Shown: piece by piece, positions 31,069-41,600 of the stretch
Layout of the letters: every line of letters starts with the position of its first letter
How positions within the stretch are numbered: position 1 is the stretch's first letter
Source: Candidatus Hatepunaea meridiana
GTDB taxonomy: Bacteria; Electryoneota; AABM5-125-24; Hatepunaeales; Hatepunaeaceae
Direction: 5' to 3'
NCBI GenBank assembly: GCA_030765125.1
Contig: JAVCDD010000180.1
Span: 7,033 to 71,032 of the forward strand
DNA length: 64,000 bases
Program-made: the position numbers and the translations under genes
Notes under the pieces: model-generated
Seen by the model: the letters and a program-made list of their open reading frames with translations, nothing else
Told to the model about the DNA's origin: nothing
The model's database searches: none

Positions 31069-34000
31069 ATGCGCTGCATTATGTTACTAATTCTGTCCAC
31101 TCTGCTTTTATCAGCAGCTACCGGAGATATTTACGCCCAGACCAATTGGCTTAAATGGTCACCGGTGGAAGGCGTGCCTGTTCGTCAGGGTAACGAAATC
31201 AAGTGGACCAACAATGGCGCCACCTGCATTGAGGGTGAACGCGCCGGTGAGACCGCAATCGTCTGGGAAGACACCCGCAATGGCTTTCGTAATATCAGCA
31301 TTCAGATCATAGAAGCCGACGGAGAATTCCACTTTCCGGAAGGCGGCGTTAATATCTTCGAGTCGTCAACTATGCGGTATGACCCTGTTATCTGTTCGGG
31401 ACCGGACGGTGACTGGTTTATCGCCTGGATGGACGTCCAAACGGGTCTTCGCCCGGAAATCCGCTGTACGCGAATCAATGCAGACGGTGAACCGCAATGG
31501 GGCGCCGATGAGAACGGCATCAGCCTTGAGAACCGGGAAACATCAGGCTACCAACCGGCAATAATCAGCGATGACAACGGAGGTTGTATTATTCTCTGGT
31601 GGGGTCACGACGAGAACAACAACCGCGAAATATTTGCTATGCATGTTCTTGAAAACGGTGAACCGGACGAGAACTGGGCTGATGGCGGTTTACCCATTCC
31701 GAACCTGCCTGGATACGACTTAAGTTATAATATTGCATCCGATGGAGAAGGCGGGATTATTATTAGTTGGCTGCATTATCTGGAAAACTACACGCCGATT
31801 CTTATGATTCAACGGTTGTCAATCAATGGCGAATTGCTATGGGGTGATGGTGAAGCGGTTCAAATCTGTGACTCACCGTTTAACGGGGAATCTCCTAAGA
31901 TCGTCTCAGACGGAGACGGTGGAGCAATCATTGAATGGATGGATAGTCGTAACGAGGATGACCGAAATACGGACATCTATGTTCAGCGAGTTGACTCAGA
32001 AGGGAATACACTCTGGGAAGATAACGGCTCGCAACTAATATCAACGGAAGACTTCGAATTGGCGCCACAACTCGTTCCCGTTTCACAAGGTGAAGCCATA
32101 TCCGTATGGTATGTCTATAGACAAGAAAATCGAATATTCGATATCTACGCTATGCGTTTCGGCGGCAATGATGAACTTGAGAAGTTCTGGGAGCCTGAGG
32201 AGGGCCTACCTATCGTCGTTGAACAAGACGGTGAACGGGAACGTATTGATATCTTTCAGGATGGTGAAGGAGGCGTATTCATTACTTGGGTTGACGGTCG
32301 CAACGGTGGCTATTCGGGGGAATACGATATCTATGCGCAACGTCTCAATACCGACGGTGAACCATTGTGGGGTGAAAACGGTATACCGGTGAGTACCGCT
32401 GATGGAAAGCAGGATACCCCACTGATAGCGCCTGTTGCCGGTGATGGCTGTCTGGTTGTATGGGCTAACGGTCAATTCTCAGTCGTTAGAAACATCCAGG
32501 CTCAAATATTGGATTCTGAGGGAGAAGCTGTCTGGGATGAAGACAGTCGAGCCATTGTCAACGCCGATCCTGGTAGTGCATATCAGTCTCGACTTGTTAA
32601 AGCCGCGGACGATGTATTCGCAGTGGGATTCATAGAAAATTGCTTTGTTCGCTCGACTGCATTGCCAAAAGTCAAGTTCTACCGTGACCTGGGAAACCGG
32701 GTTGAATGTTTGAACGATGAAGGCAGCATCACAGTAGTTGACAACTCAAACATTGGATTTTCCGAGTTGGAAATAGCTGCAGATGGAGAAGGTGGCGTTA
32801 TTGTTTTCTGGTCTGAATATAGAGAAAACAATCGTTCTGTCTTTGCGCAGCGGATTACACAGGAAGGCGAACGACTCTGGGATAACGACGGCGTTTCTGT
32901 TTTCGAAACCGAAGGAGAAATATTCAATCCCATTATCTGCTCGGATGAGATGGGAGGTGTATTCATTGCCTGCAACTACTTCCGAGTAGATATGCAAGAA
33001 ATTCTCTTACAACATCTTAATGCAGACGGTGAACGACTCTGGGGTAATGAAGATGTTCGTCTTCTCGATGAAAACTCTGATATGCTTATCCAGGGTATCA
33101 TTCCGGACGGTGAAAACGGCGCTGCTGTGCTGTACTCCACTATTAATCGAAGTGAATATGGACTGCATATAAACCGCATCACTGCTAACGGTGAGCCGGT
33201 CTGGGGCAATGGCGATGGTATTGACATCAACTCCTCAGAAGAATTCCGCCAGGATCAATCCAGGATGTTGAAACACCCGGATGGTTACGCTGTTATCTGG
33301 CAACAAAATCGTTGGATTGATAATCATCGCAATACGTGTTTCGACGTCCTGATTCAGTTCGTAGATACGGATGGCAACACACTATGGGATGAAAACGGTA
33401 TTCAAGTTTGTAATCTGGATGCTCAAGCAAATAACCCGTTCGGAGTCGTTGACGAGGATGGCTACATCTGGGTATTATGGTCGGACGACCGACTGGATGA
33501 AGATCGTGCTTATTCGCTTTATCTGCAGAAAATTGATCCACTGTCAGATGAAAATGATGACCCAAGCTTTATGCTGGAAGAAAATGGTCAACAAGTTATT
33601 TCAGCCGAGGGCTCCCAGTATCAAAGCCTCCTCATACCAGATGACGATGGTGGGGTGTGGGCAGCGTGGACGGATAGTCGCAGGCAATATGAAACGGACA
33701 TCTATGCCACTCATCTCGACTCTCAAGGCGAGCGCTGCGAGGGTTGGGCTGATGACGGCAATATAGTTTGCGATGCAATAATGGGACAGTCTTTCCCGAG
33801 GGGTGCTATGTTACGTTCATCCGGTGAAACAGGGATAATCCTGCTTTGGGACGACTGGCGCAGCAGTCGAGACGAGGACGAGGGGGCAGTTTTGAACCTT
33901 TATTGCCAAAGGGTAGACGATCCATCAGAGAATTTTGCTGGTGACGCTGCGTCAACCGCGCCTGTCTCGTTTGAGATAACCGCTCTGTATCCAAATCCAT

Positions 34001-34227
34001 TCAACAGCAACGTTCGGATAGATTACAAGTTAGAAGCAAACCAGCAGGTTTCACTGAAAGTCTTCGATCTGTCAGGTCGGTTAATATTCAGCGCTGACCC
34101 GCAGTTACGCACCATAGGTTCACATTCGTTGACATTGGATGCGGTAAATTGGGCGTCAGGTATCTACATCGCTCAACTGAATGCAGACAAGAAGGTAAGA
34201 ACAAAACGGTTTGTCTGTCTGAAATAG
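31069..34227 (+). CDS. Secreted repeat protein (about 12 units of about 60-65 aa with a DG(E/N)xxW signature) with T9SS C-terminal sorting domain
   Basis: A 1052-aa ORF with Shine-Dalgarno aaggagga at 31057-31064 and signal peptide MRCIMLLILSTLLLSAATGDIYA. Recurrent motifs include ADGEPQWG, INGELLWG, SEGNTLWE, TDGEPLWG, QEGERLWD, ADGERLWG, ANGEPVWG and TDGNTLWD. The CTD, LYPNPFNSNVRIDY...GIYIAQL...RFVCLK, spans 33976-34224. Confidence 0.85.
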   Translation: MRCIMLLILSTLLLSAATGDIYAQTNWLKWSPVEGVPVRQGNEIKWTNNGATCIEGERAGETAIVWEDTRNGFRNISIQIIEADGEFHFPEGGVNIFESSTMRYDPVICSGPDGDWFIAWMDVQTGLRPEIRCTRINADGEPQWGADENGISLENRETSGYQPAIISDDNGGCIILWWGHDENNNREIFAMHVLENGEPDENWADGGLPIPNLPGYDLSYNIASDGEGGIIISWLHYLENYTPILMIQRLSINGELLWGDGEAVQICDSPFNGESPKIVSDGDGGAIIEWMDSRNEDDRNTDIYVQRVDSEGNTLWEDNGSQLISTEDFELAPQLVPVSQGEAISVWYVYRQENRIFDIYAMRFGGNDELEKFWEPEEGLPIVVEQDGERERIDIFQDGEGGVFITWVDGRNGGYSGEYDIYAQRLNTDGEPLWGENGIPVSTADGKQDTPLIAPVAGDGCLVVWANGQFSVVRNIQAQILDSEGEAVWDEDSRAIVNADPGSAYQSRLVKAADDVFAVGFIENCFVRSTALPKVKFYRDLGNRVECLNDEGSITVVDNSNIGFSELEIAADGEGGVIVFWSEYRENNRSVFAQRITQEGERLWDNDGVSVFETEGEIFNPIICSDEMGGVFIACNYFRVDMQEILLQHLNADGERLWGNEDVRLLDENSDMLIQGIIPDGENGAAVLYSTINRSEYGLHINRITANGEPVWGNGDGIDINSSEEFRQDQSRMLKHPDGYAVIWQQNRWIDNHRNTCFDVLIQFVDTDGNTLWDENGIQVCNLDAQANNPFGVVDEDGYIWVLWSDDRLDEDRAYSLYLQKIDPLSDENDDPSFMLEENGQQVISAEGSQYQSLLIPDDDGGVWAAWTDSRRQYETDIYATHLDSQGERCEGWADDGNIVCDAIMGQSFPRGAMLRSSGETGIILLWDDWRSSRDEDEGAVLNLYCQRVDDPSENFAGDAASTAPVSFEITALYPNPFNSNVRIDYKLEANQQVSLKVFDLSGRLIFSADPQLRTIGSHSLTLDAVNWASGIYIAQLNADKKVRTKRFVCLK

Positions 34228-34242
34228 TATAACCGCCAAATC

Positions 34243-34377
34243 GGGGATAGTATGCCTGTTTTCTGTAAACTTTCTGTCATGGCACCGTCCCTGCCAGCAA
34301 CGTTTACGACAATTCTATCAACCGTGGCAGGTTGACAGCAGTAAAAGCTATCTTTAGAAAAACAGTTATACTGTCCC
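34243..34377. repeat. Composite family A element with a nested GTCAACC..GGTTGAC hairpin
   Basis: The outer arms are ggggatagtatgcctgttttct (34243-34264) and agaaaaacagttatactgtccc (34356-34377). The inner atcaaccgtggcaggttgacagc resembles gtcaaccgcggcgggttgacagc at 50860-50882. Confidence 0.6.
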
Positions 34378-34383
34378 ATTTAT

Positions 34384-34425
34384 TTACTTGTAGTCGGGTT
34401 TGTGAACAAACCCGACTACAAGTAA
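34384..34425. terminator. Perfect 19-bp stem / 4-nt loop hairpin downstream of the 1052-aa gene
   Basis: ttacttgtagtcgggtttg-tgaa-caaacccgactacaagtaa. There is no clean U-tract, so it may be REP-like (it contains GTAG...CTAC) rather than a canonical terminator. Confidence 0.4.
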
Positions 34426-34616
34426 TGATGCTTTTTCCCTCACTCAAGCGCTATAATTTTTAGATGACATAACCTGAAACGATCTCACCGATCATTTTAC
34501 CATCCCAGTTCACCTCAATAACTCCTCCGACTTCGAAATTGAAGTTGAAATATTTCCAATTAGCTGAACATCATTAATGATTCTGTTGATTAAGTCAACA
34601 ATTTCAGAATTACCCT

Positions 34617-34714
34617 CCCATTTTGTCATTCCCGCGAAGGCGGGAATCCAGAGTTTTCAAGTATTTAACAAACACCATCTGGATTCCCGGCCTTCGCGGG
34701 AATGACAAAATGGG
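34617..34714. mobile_element. 98-bp MITE-like element with about 36-bp terminal inverted repeats, each containing an ATTCCCGC-GAAG-GCGGGAAT hairpin
   Basis: The arms are cccattttgtcattcccgcgaaggcgggaatccaga (34617-34652) and tctggattcccggccttcgcgggaatgacaaaatggg (34678-34714). Confidence 0.7.
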
Positions 34715-34848
34715 AAGTATTTCAACAGGATCATTAATATAAGAGATTAAATATTTGGAATTGGGACATAACTCCTCTTGAAAGTGAAATGGATTTTACT
34801 ATATTAGGATAACTAATTCACATTTCCAAACACAAAAGGAGTTACAAA

Positions 34849-35202
34849 ATGGCGAAAAAACACATAGCCATCTTTTACTGCAAGCGCATTCAAGACCACA
34901 CCTGCATAGCTTGTGCTAAATGTTTCAAAGCTGCCCCCTTGAAAAACGGGAAATTCTCACAATACGATGAAGAAATCGAGATAGTGGCAATGACGGATTG
35001 CGGTGATTGTCCAGGGCTGTTAATGCCTCGAGTTCCGATGATCAGGACTCTGGGAGGACATGTGGACGCTGTTCACCTGGGCACCTGTGTCACTCAGGCA
35101 AAGGAACACGGTGAATGTCCGCTTGATCTTGAAGAAATGAAAGTGAAACTTGAAAAGAAATTGGGGATTCCTGTGATTATCGGGACGCATGATTATGTTT
35201 GA
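34849..35202 (+). CDS. Small Cys-rich protein, probable CGGC-domain (PF08821-type) metal-binding protein
   Basis: A 117-aa ORF with Shine-Dalgarno aaggag at 36-41 of 348xx (34836-34841), 7 nt before the ATG. Cys motifs are CIACAKC, DCGDCPG and LGTC...HGECP. The family assignment is from memory of the CGGC pattern. Confidence 0.5.
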   Translation: MAKKHIAIFYCKRIQDHTCIACAKCFKAAPLKNGKFSQYDEEIEIVAMTDCGDCPGLLMPRVPMIRTLGGHVDAVHLGTCVTQAKEHGECPLDLEEMKVKLEKKLGIPVIIGTHDYV

Positions 35203-35251
35203 TTCACCTCACAGGCAGGGTCGCCTGCGGCTCCTGTATTTCGGCTAACAT

Positions 35252-35372
35252 TGTCGGACAAGAGTGTCCAACCTACTAAAACATCGGTAGGATAGGCATT
35301 CCTGTCTGTCGTACACCTCTTAATTATAGGCATCGTTTGACAGACAAGAATGTCTGTCCTACCCTTCGTGTG
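35252..35372. repeat. REP cluster: one type-2 REP plus an inverted pair of type-1 REPs (REPIN/BIME-like), all with GTAG heads
   Basis: 35252-35276 is tgtcggacaagagtgtccaacctac, the reverse complement of GTAGGTTGGACACTCTTGTCCGACA. 35287-35310 is GTAGGATAGGCATTCCTGTCTGTC. 35349-35372 is gacagacaagaatgtctgtcctac, an inverted copy. Confidence 0.75.
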
Positions 35373-35512
35373 ATTGCTTAAACAAATGGCGGGCAATCCA
35401 CCACCCTCCATCCAGAAGTTTTCGCAGGCAGGGACGTCTACTCTACTGGTGAGGGCACTTGACAGCACAGATGACTTACTATCTAAAGCCAAACGCCCAA
35501 AGCTCAAAGACT

Positions 35513-35553
35513 AAAACAAAAGCCCGTCCGGTTAATACCGGACGGGCTTTTGG
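35513..35553. terminator. Bidirectional rho-independent terminator candidate
   Basis: The hairpin agcccgtccgg-ttaata-ccggacgggct (35521-35548) is flanked by aaaacaaa on one side and ttttggg on the other. Confidence 0.65.
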
Positions 35554-35591
35554 GTTTAATTAATATTGTTGCTTCAGGTGTTAACACCTTT

Positions 35592-35633
35592 GTTTATGTT
35601 GCGTCAGGTGTTAACACCTGACGCAACATAAAC
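35592..35633. terminator. Perfect 42-nt palindrome immediately downstream of the 4817-aa gene stop
   Basis: gtttatgttgcgtcaggtgtt|aacacctgacgcaacataaac. Its 14-nt centre is duplicated at 35576-35589 (aggtgttaacacct). Confidence 0.5.
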
Positions 35634-35640
35634 GCAGTGA

Positions 35641-38600
35641 TTACTTCACCAGCATTACCTTGCGTACGGACTTGAAGTTGGCAGCTTCCATCCGGACAAT
35701 GTAGATACCGGAGGTCATACCAGCTCCATCCCAGACCGCAGTGTAACGACCCGCTTTGAGTTCGTTGTTTATCAGAGTCGTAACCAGACGACCTGTCACA
35801 TCGAACACATTGATCGTAACTTTTGCAGCCTCAGGTAAGCCGTAGTTAATGCGTGTAACCGCATTAAATGGGTTAGGATAGTTCTGAGACAGACTGTACT
35901 CATCCGGTATGCCTGCATCAACCCTGACATCTATTATCGTCAAGGCGTTGGTGAGGTAAACAAGTCCCTTACCAGATTTGATGCTTGCTTTCAGGTTCAC
36001 TTCAGTCTCGTTGGCGTTATTCCACATGCGTAAGGTGAATGCTTCATCTTCCTGCAGACCGTCAACGACGTTTTTAGTGTGTTCAGAATCACCCCAGATA
36101 GGTAATCCACACATTTCGTCGGAAATTGTGCCGACACCTATTAGTTTACCGGAAGCGTCAAAGGCGGCAATCTGATCGCCGTCCTCAACAGGTGTTCCGA
36201 TAATCGAAGTTACCAGTACACTCATGTTGACATCGGTCTTTACAGGGGAAGCCCAGTGGCTGCCAGCTTCGCTTGCAGACATCAGAGCCGCGCCTTGGTC
36301 TTCATCCTCCGGATATAGTAATTCGACATCTTCGTCAACGTTGATCTGGTAACCTTGACCAGGTGTCCACGGTTCCATATTCGAGAAGCCATATGAAGGT
36401 ACCATGAAGCCACCTGGTCCATCTTTGGCAATGATAACATTGTCAACAATAGATGACACAACGTGGAAACCGCTACCGCGTGAAGCTTCCAGATCATAGG
36501 TTGGATAGTAGGCAACTATATTCCAACCTGCATCAACACCTGCAACCACAGTCTGTGGATGGATCGGAACGCCTAACCAAGAGGCTTCGAGTTCTTCGTT
36601 AACGTTCATCAGGTAACCTTCAGCGGTGTTCCAGAAGTCAATACCGTAAAAATCCCAATCCGGGACACAGAAATCACCAGCTTCGTCCTTCATAATAACT
36701 ACGTGGTGGTTATCATCCTCATCCTTGTACTGTTCGAGCATTAGCTCAACATCCGGACCATCATCATCATCGAGATTTTCCCAGTAATCAGCAATTGGAA
36801 TGATGTTCAATGAGATCATGTTCCAGCCTTCGAGATGAAGAATGGTCTGCTCGCGAAGTTGGTAGGCTGTTACACAAGTTACTATCGTTTCACCGTTGTT
36901 AACCCAGACACGCGGACCAGCATTATCTTCTATTTCAGCAGTGGCAAGAAGTTCTTCGTCAGCATCCGGGTCCCAGGCACGATAGTTAATATTATCGCCG
37001 TTTTCGAATCCTTCGACATCATCAGCCGCACCATAAGCGATTAACACAGAGCCTTCGCCACGCCAAACAACACCGCCGGCAAGGACGTCATCGTCAGTGT
37101 ATGCAGCGATTTCCCAACCGTTGGGAACAGGTTCTTCGTCAAATGCGACATCTAAAATGCTCAGATAGTGCATCAGGTTGGTCGTTTCGAATTCAGCGAA
37201 GTGCTGTATACGAGCGCCAAGCTGAAGTTCGACGTCAAAGACTATTTCTGCATTTTCAGGATCGTTAGTAAGGATAGTAACGGTAGCATGATAATCAATC
37301 CAGTCTTCAAGGTCTGCAGGATCAAATGTAAGTATTATCTCTGTCGATTCACCGGCATGTACATCACCTTCATCCGGTTCGGCAGTAACCCAGGTTGAAA
37401 CGTTTGCAAGGTGATCAAGATACCAGATGACAGCTTCGCCTGTTCTTCCCCAATGATAATTAGCTGGGACATTATGCAGATAGCCGTCAACCGTAGTAGA
37501 TACGAGGCAGAAGCCGCGACCGTATTGATAAGTCAGGATGATTGGCTCATTTGTAGGATTACCCATCGCCATTATTTGCACCCATTCGACGTTATCCATA
37601 TTGTCAATGTCCCTCTGGAGAAATACACCATGTGCGCATCCACCGCCGACCAGTCTCTGTCCTTCACCCCATTCCCAGTTAAAGGGATCGTTCTCGTTCA
37701 TATAATTGATGAGGAAGTTCTCTTCAGGGTCCAACTGGAGCGGACACTGATTCTGAGATTGACTACCATTATATACGAGACCACCAGGATTTGTCGGTCT
37801 GGTATTATGATTATTTGTCCCGGAACTGTGATAGAGGGCTCCGCCACCATCAACGAATTCCTCTATACGTTCAAGGTTCTGGTTATATTGAGCTACCCAC
37901 GCATCCGCCTCGTAGTTCCCGATCCACATAAAGTCGTACTCTGTGAAATCAACGTCCTGCACTTGATTCCAGGTGCGATAGCGATCATAATCCAGATCAT
38001 CTATCGCTTGGAAATATCGTTCGAAGTCCCAGTTCGACCAGCCGCAGCGCTCTGCAATCAGAATGCCTCGTCCTTCCGGCTGATCGCGGCGAGGTCCGAT
38101 TGCGCGTTTAGTTGAACGCAGGGAGCGAACAGCGTCATCGCGTTCCTCTTCCTCGATATCTTCGATCTCGATCTCAAAATGCAGGTCACGTCTTTCACCT
38201 TCTTCGTTGGCAAGTACGATGATTTCCTCAACAGGATCGTCACCCATTAGCATCTGAACGATGATTTCGGTTGGGTTATCCGGATCTGTTTCAGGATCGG
38301 TTGATGCGATCGGGGCTAATTCACCTACACCGATCAAATCCCACCAGATTCGGTCATCGTCACCAATATCCTGGTTTTCAGCGTCGGAAAAGATGCTGAA
38401 CGTCGCTTCACGTACTCCAGTCTGACTGGGACTGAAGGTTAATGTGAATGCGAGTTCCTGTTCAGGATCCAGGACCGCCTGGTCATCTATATCCGTGCTG
38501 TAATCGTCGGCAGCATCCCCAGTAAATTCGACACCGTCAATTATAAGATCTGTCGAACCGCAGTTCACGACTGTAATACTTATTTCGGAATCGCCATTTA

Positions 38601-41600
38601 CGTAGGTGTCTTCGAATTCAATATCCTGCGCATTTTCAAACGGTTGCGCTATCGGTTCATATTCCTCATCCCATATAGGAACACCGATAACATCCGCAAT
38701 GACGTTTACAACAAACTCGTCGTTTTCAGGATCGTTGGTAATGAAGATTATATCTGCTTCGTAAGTAAATTCGATCAAACCTTCAGTGTTAAGGGTTACG
38801 AAGACGTCCATATCAGCACCGGGGTCGATGCCACTATCATTTGGACGATCGGGATCCCATGGTGAAGTATCAGGATCAAGTGTGATCCATTTCGCGCCAC
38901 CCATCTCGGTCAGGTATAACAGGAGTTCTGATGCGATAGAGCCCCACTCACCACCGTTACGAGCATAATTGAACCAGCAGTGACCTGTCGAGTGACCGAC
39001 GGTCAGAACAGTACCCTTACCGAAGCCGTAAGCGACAGCGCCAGGTACGTCCTGATTCTGCTTAGTGGCAATAACCTGATACCATTCGAGAGTGCCGTCA
39101 TCTACCTTTTGAACGAACTGGTTTTCAAGGTAACCGGAATGCAGCCATGAGCCGCCTTCAATGAGTTCGCCCTCTTCCCAGTAGTTCGGTTCGGATCTGT
39201 GACAGATCTCGGCAAACAGACTGTAATTGTCATCATTCGGGTCAGGGCTGACAACCAATGTGCCGTTACTGGTTCCTCCGGCTGAATTGTTGACAATATC
39301 GCCGGGACCATGCATGGGGCTGTTGGCGTCAGCAGTTTCATAGTAACATGCGCCACCGTCCGCAACATACTCTTCCAGCCGCTCAAAGTTGTTCTGGTAA
39401 TTCTGGCTGTTCATTGTACTGCGAGCAGCTATTACGATGACGTCATAATCTTCGAATTCAACGTTATCCCAGTCGGCGGCTTGACGATAGGAATGATAGT
39501 TATCGTTGTTCAGGAGCGGATCCCTACGCATACCATCGTCCACCCAGCCCCATGTGGTGCTGGTCTGGAAGGCGGCAAACAACAGTCCGTCGAGTTCGTC
39601 ATCTTCGAGTGGGTCGCGACGCGCCCCAACCGAACCGACTGCATTCAGAGTACGAGCGTTGTTATCACGCTCAGGCTCGCTAATGATTTCGATCTCGGTT
39701 TCGAAATGGAGTTGAGCGCCGTCGTCCCCGGCTTCGTTGGCGACATTCAGGTTATGGATTTCTTCCTGACCGTTGGGAACCTCGGTATCAATCGACTGAG
39801 GTGCGACGGAGAACATTGGCGGTGAAAACGCTTGAGCTACTAAACTCACTGCATATTCCGCGTCGTCTTCGTCGTTATTGAATATAATCAGATCCGGGGT
39901 GAACTCACCGGTTTCACCAGGCATAAAGGTTAAGGTGACAACCTCTTCCTCTCCCGGACCGATTACGAAATCAGCATGATCAACCTCAAAGAATTCATGA
40001 TCAATCTCGCAACCTTCTATTTCAAGATCTTCGGTGCCGACGTTTTGAACGACTATTTCAAGGTCGTAATCGCCGTCAGCATATAATATTTCAGGCCAGA
40101 AGTGATCCTCTGATTCACTATAAGCTGCATTCCAGTCAACGATGCCATGATCGTCCGGATCATCCGGAATGTAGCCCCATTCTTCGGGCCAGATAACATT
40201 GATACCGGGAGCTCCAGATACGTGAATAAGGATATTTACAACTGCATCCTGATTAGCCGGATCGTTGCTTAAGAAATGGAGATTGACTTCGTATTCACCA
40301 CTATATAGACCGAATGTATTAATTGTGATGAATATATCCATTTCTTCATCAGCTCCAAGTCCATCTTCCGGGGATTCCTTTGGATCATACGAGAACCATC
40401 TGACTTCATCAACACCGTCATCGTAAACACGGATGTTTGCCTGCTGGTAGCCACTGCACCAGATATACTCACCGTCATGACCAACCGCACAATAAGGCTG
40501 ACCATTGTTGACTTGGAAGCTTACTACATCGTCTACCTCAACGCATGTCCAATCATCCCTGTCAACGCCAATCTGGTATACGTTGTTTTGGGCGGCATCA
40601 GTCATCCAGAGAGGAGCATCGACATGCGCCGGTACCCACTCAAGGGCAAAAGTAACGACATTGCCGTGGAATGCCTGATGATTGGCAATCACACCGATTT
40701 CCTCACCCACATCGAGACCGTCCACCTCATAGACGTGGATGGAATTAGGAGCGGCATTTTGCATTACGAATATAAGGCTTTCCTCAACGTCAGCCGCGAG
40801 ACCGTAAGCGACGAACGGGAAATTATGAGTTCCAACCAACTGACCATCGCCGTCATATCGACGTACCTGTGCATTTGACCAGTTACCTATCCATAGGTGA
40901 CCGTTAAGCCAGCATCCGTCCATGCAGCTACCGCCTGTGGCGATGCTAATTTCTTCATTGAAATTCTCATAATTAGCGTCATGGGAATAAGCCGCGGCAC
41001 GTTGATTATTGTAGTTAGACACCCACATGCGCTCGTTATCCCAGTCCCAACCAACGCAGGAGCTGTAATGGTTCACGACATTAATACCGTTGAACTGGGC
41101 AATCAGGTCGCCCGGCTCGTCGCGACGCGGACCGGTAGCGCTCCTGGTGCTGCGCAGAGTGCGTGAAGCATTATCACGCTCTTCTTCAGGACCTTCCTGA
41201 ATCATTTCAGCTTCAGTAGTGAAGTGAAGGTCTGCTCTACCTATGTTGGCAACGTTAATAGTCAGCTCTTCCTCGTCGCCGGTGTCCATTTCACGTTCAA
41301 TCTCTCCAGGATCAAGGGAGATCATGGGTGGATCTTGACAGTCTGCGCTTAAATCGAATATGAACTCTTCCAGATCCGGGTCGTTTGTGGATAAGGTAAC
41401 GGTTCCGATGTATTCACCCGCTTCTTCAGCCATGAAGCTGACGGTAATTATACCCTCTTGCGCAGCGATGATGGCGTTATCATCAACGAAGTCTGCAGGA
41501 TCAACGAAGAAGACTTCCACGTCGCCTTCGGTGTCCACGATGATTTCGTCAATAATCAGATCGTCCGTACCTACGTTAATGATAGTTACCGGAATCTGAT

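Noticed and set aside
34465-34575. Short minus-strand reading frame ...WKYFNFNFEVGGVIEVNWDGKMIGEIVSGYVI*
   Set aside because: It has about 35 codons, no start codon and an upstream in-frame stop. It may be a gene remnant but is not supportable as a feature.
35193-35507. 104-aa minus-strand ORF
   Set aside because: It spans the REP cluster and hairpins, and its translation is dictated by palindromes (GRTDILVCQT...). It has no start context.
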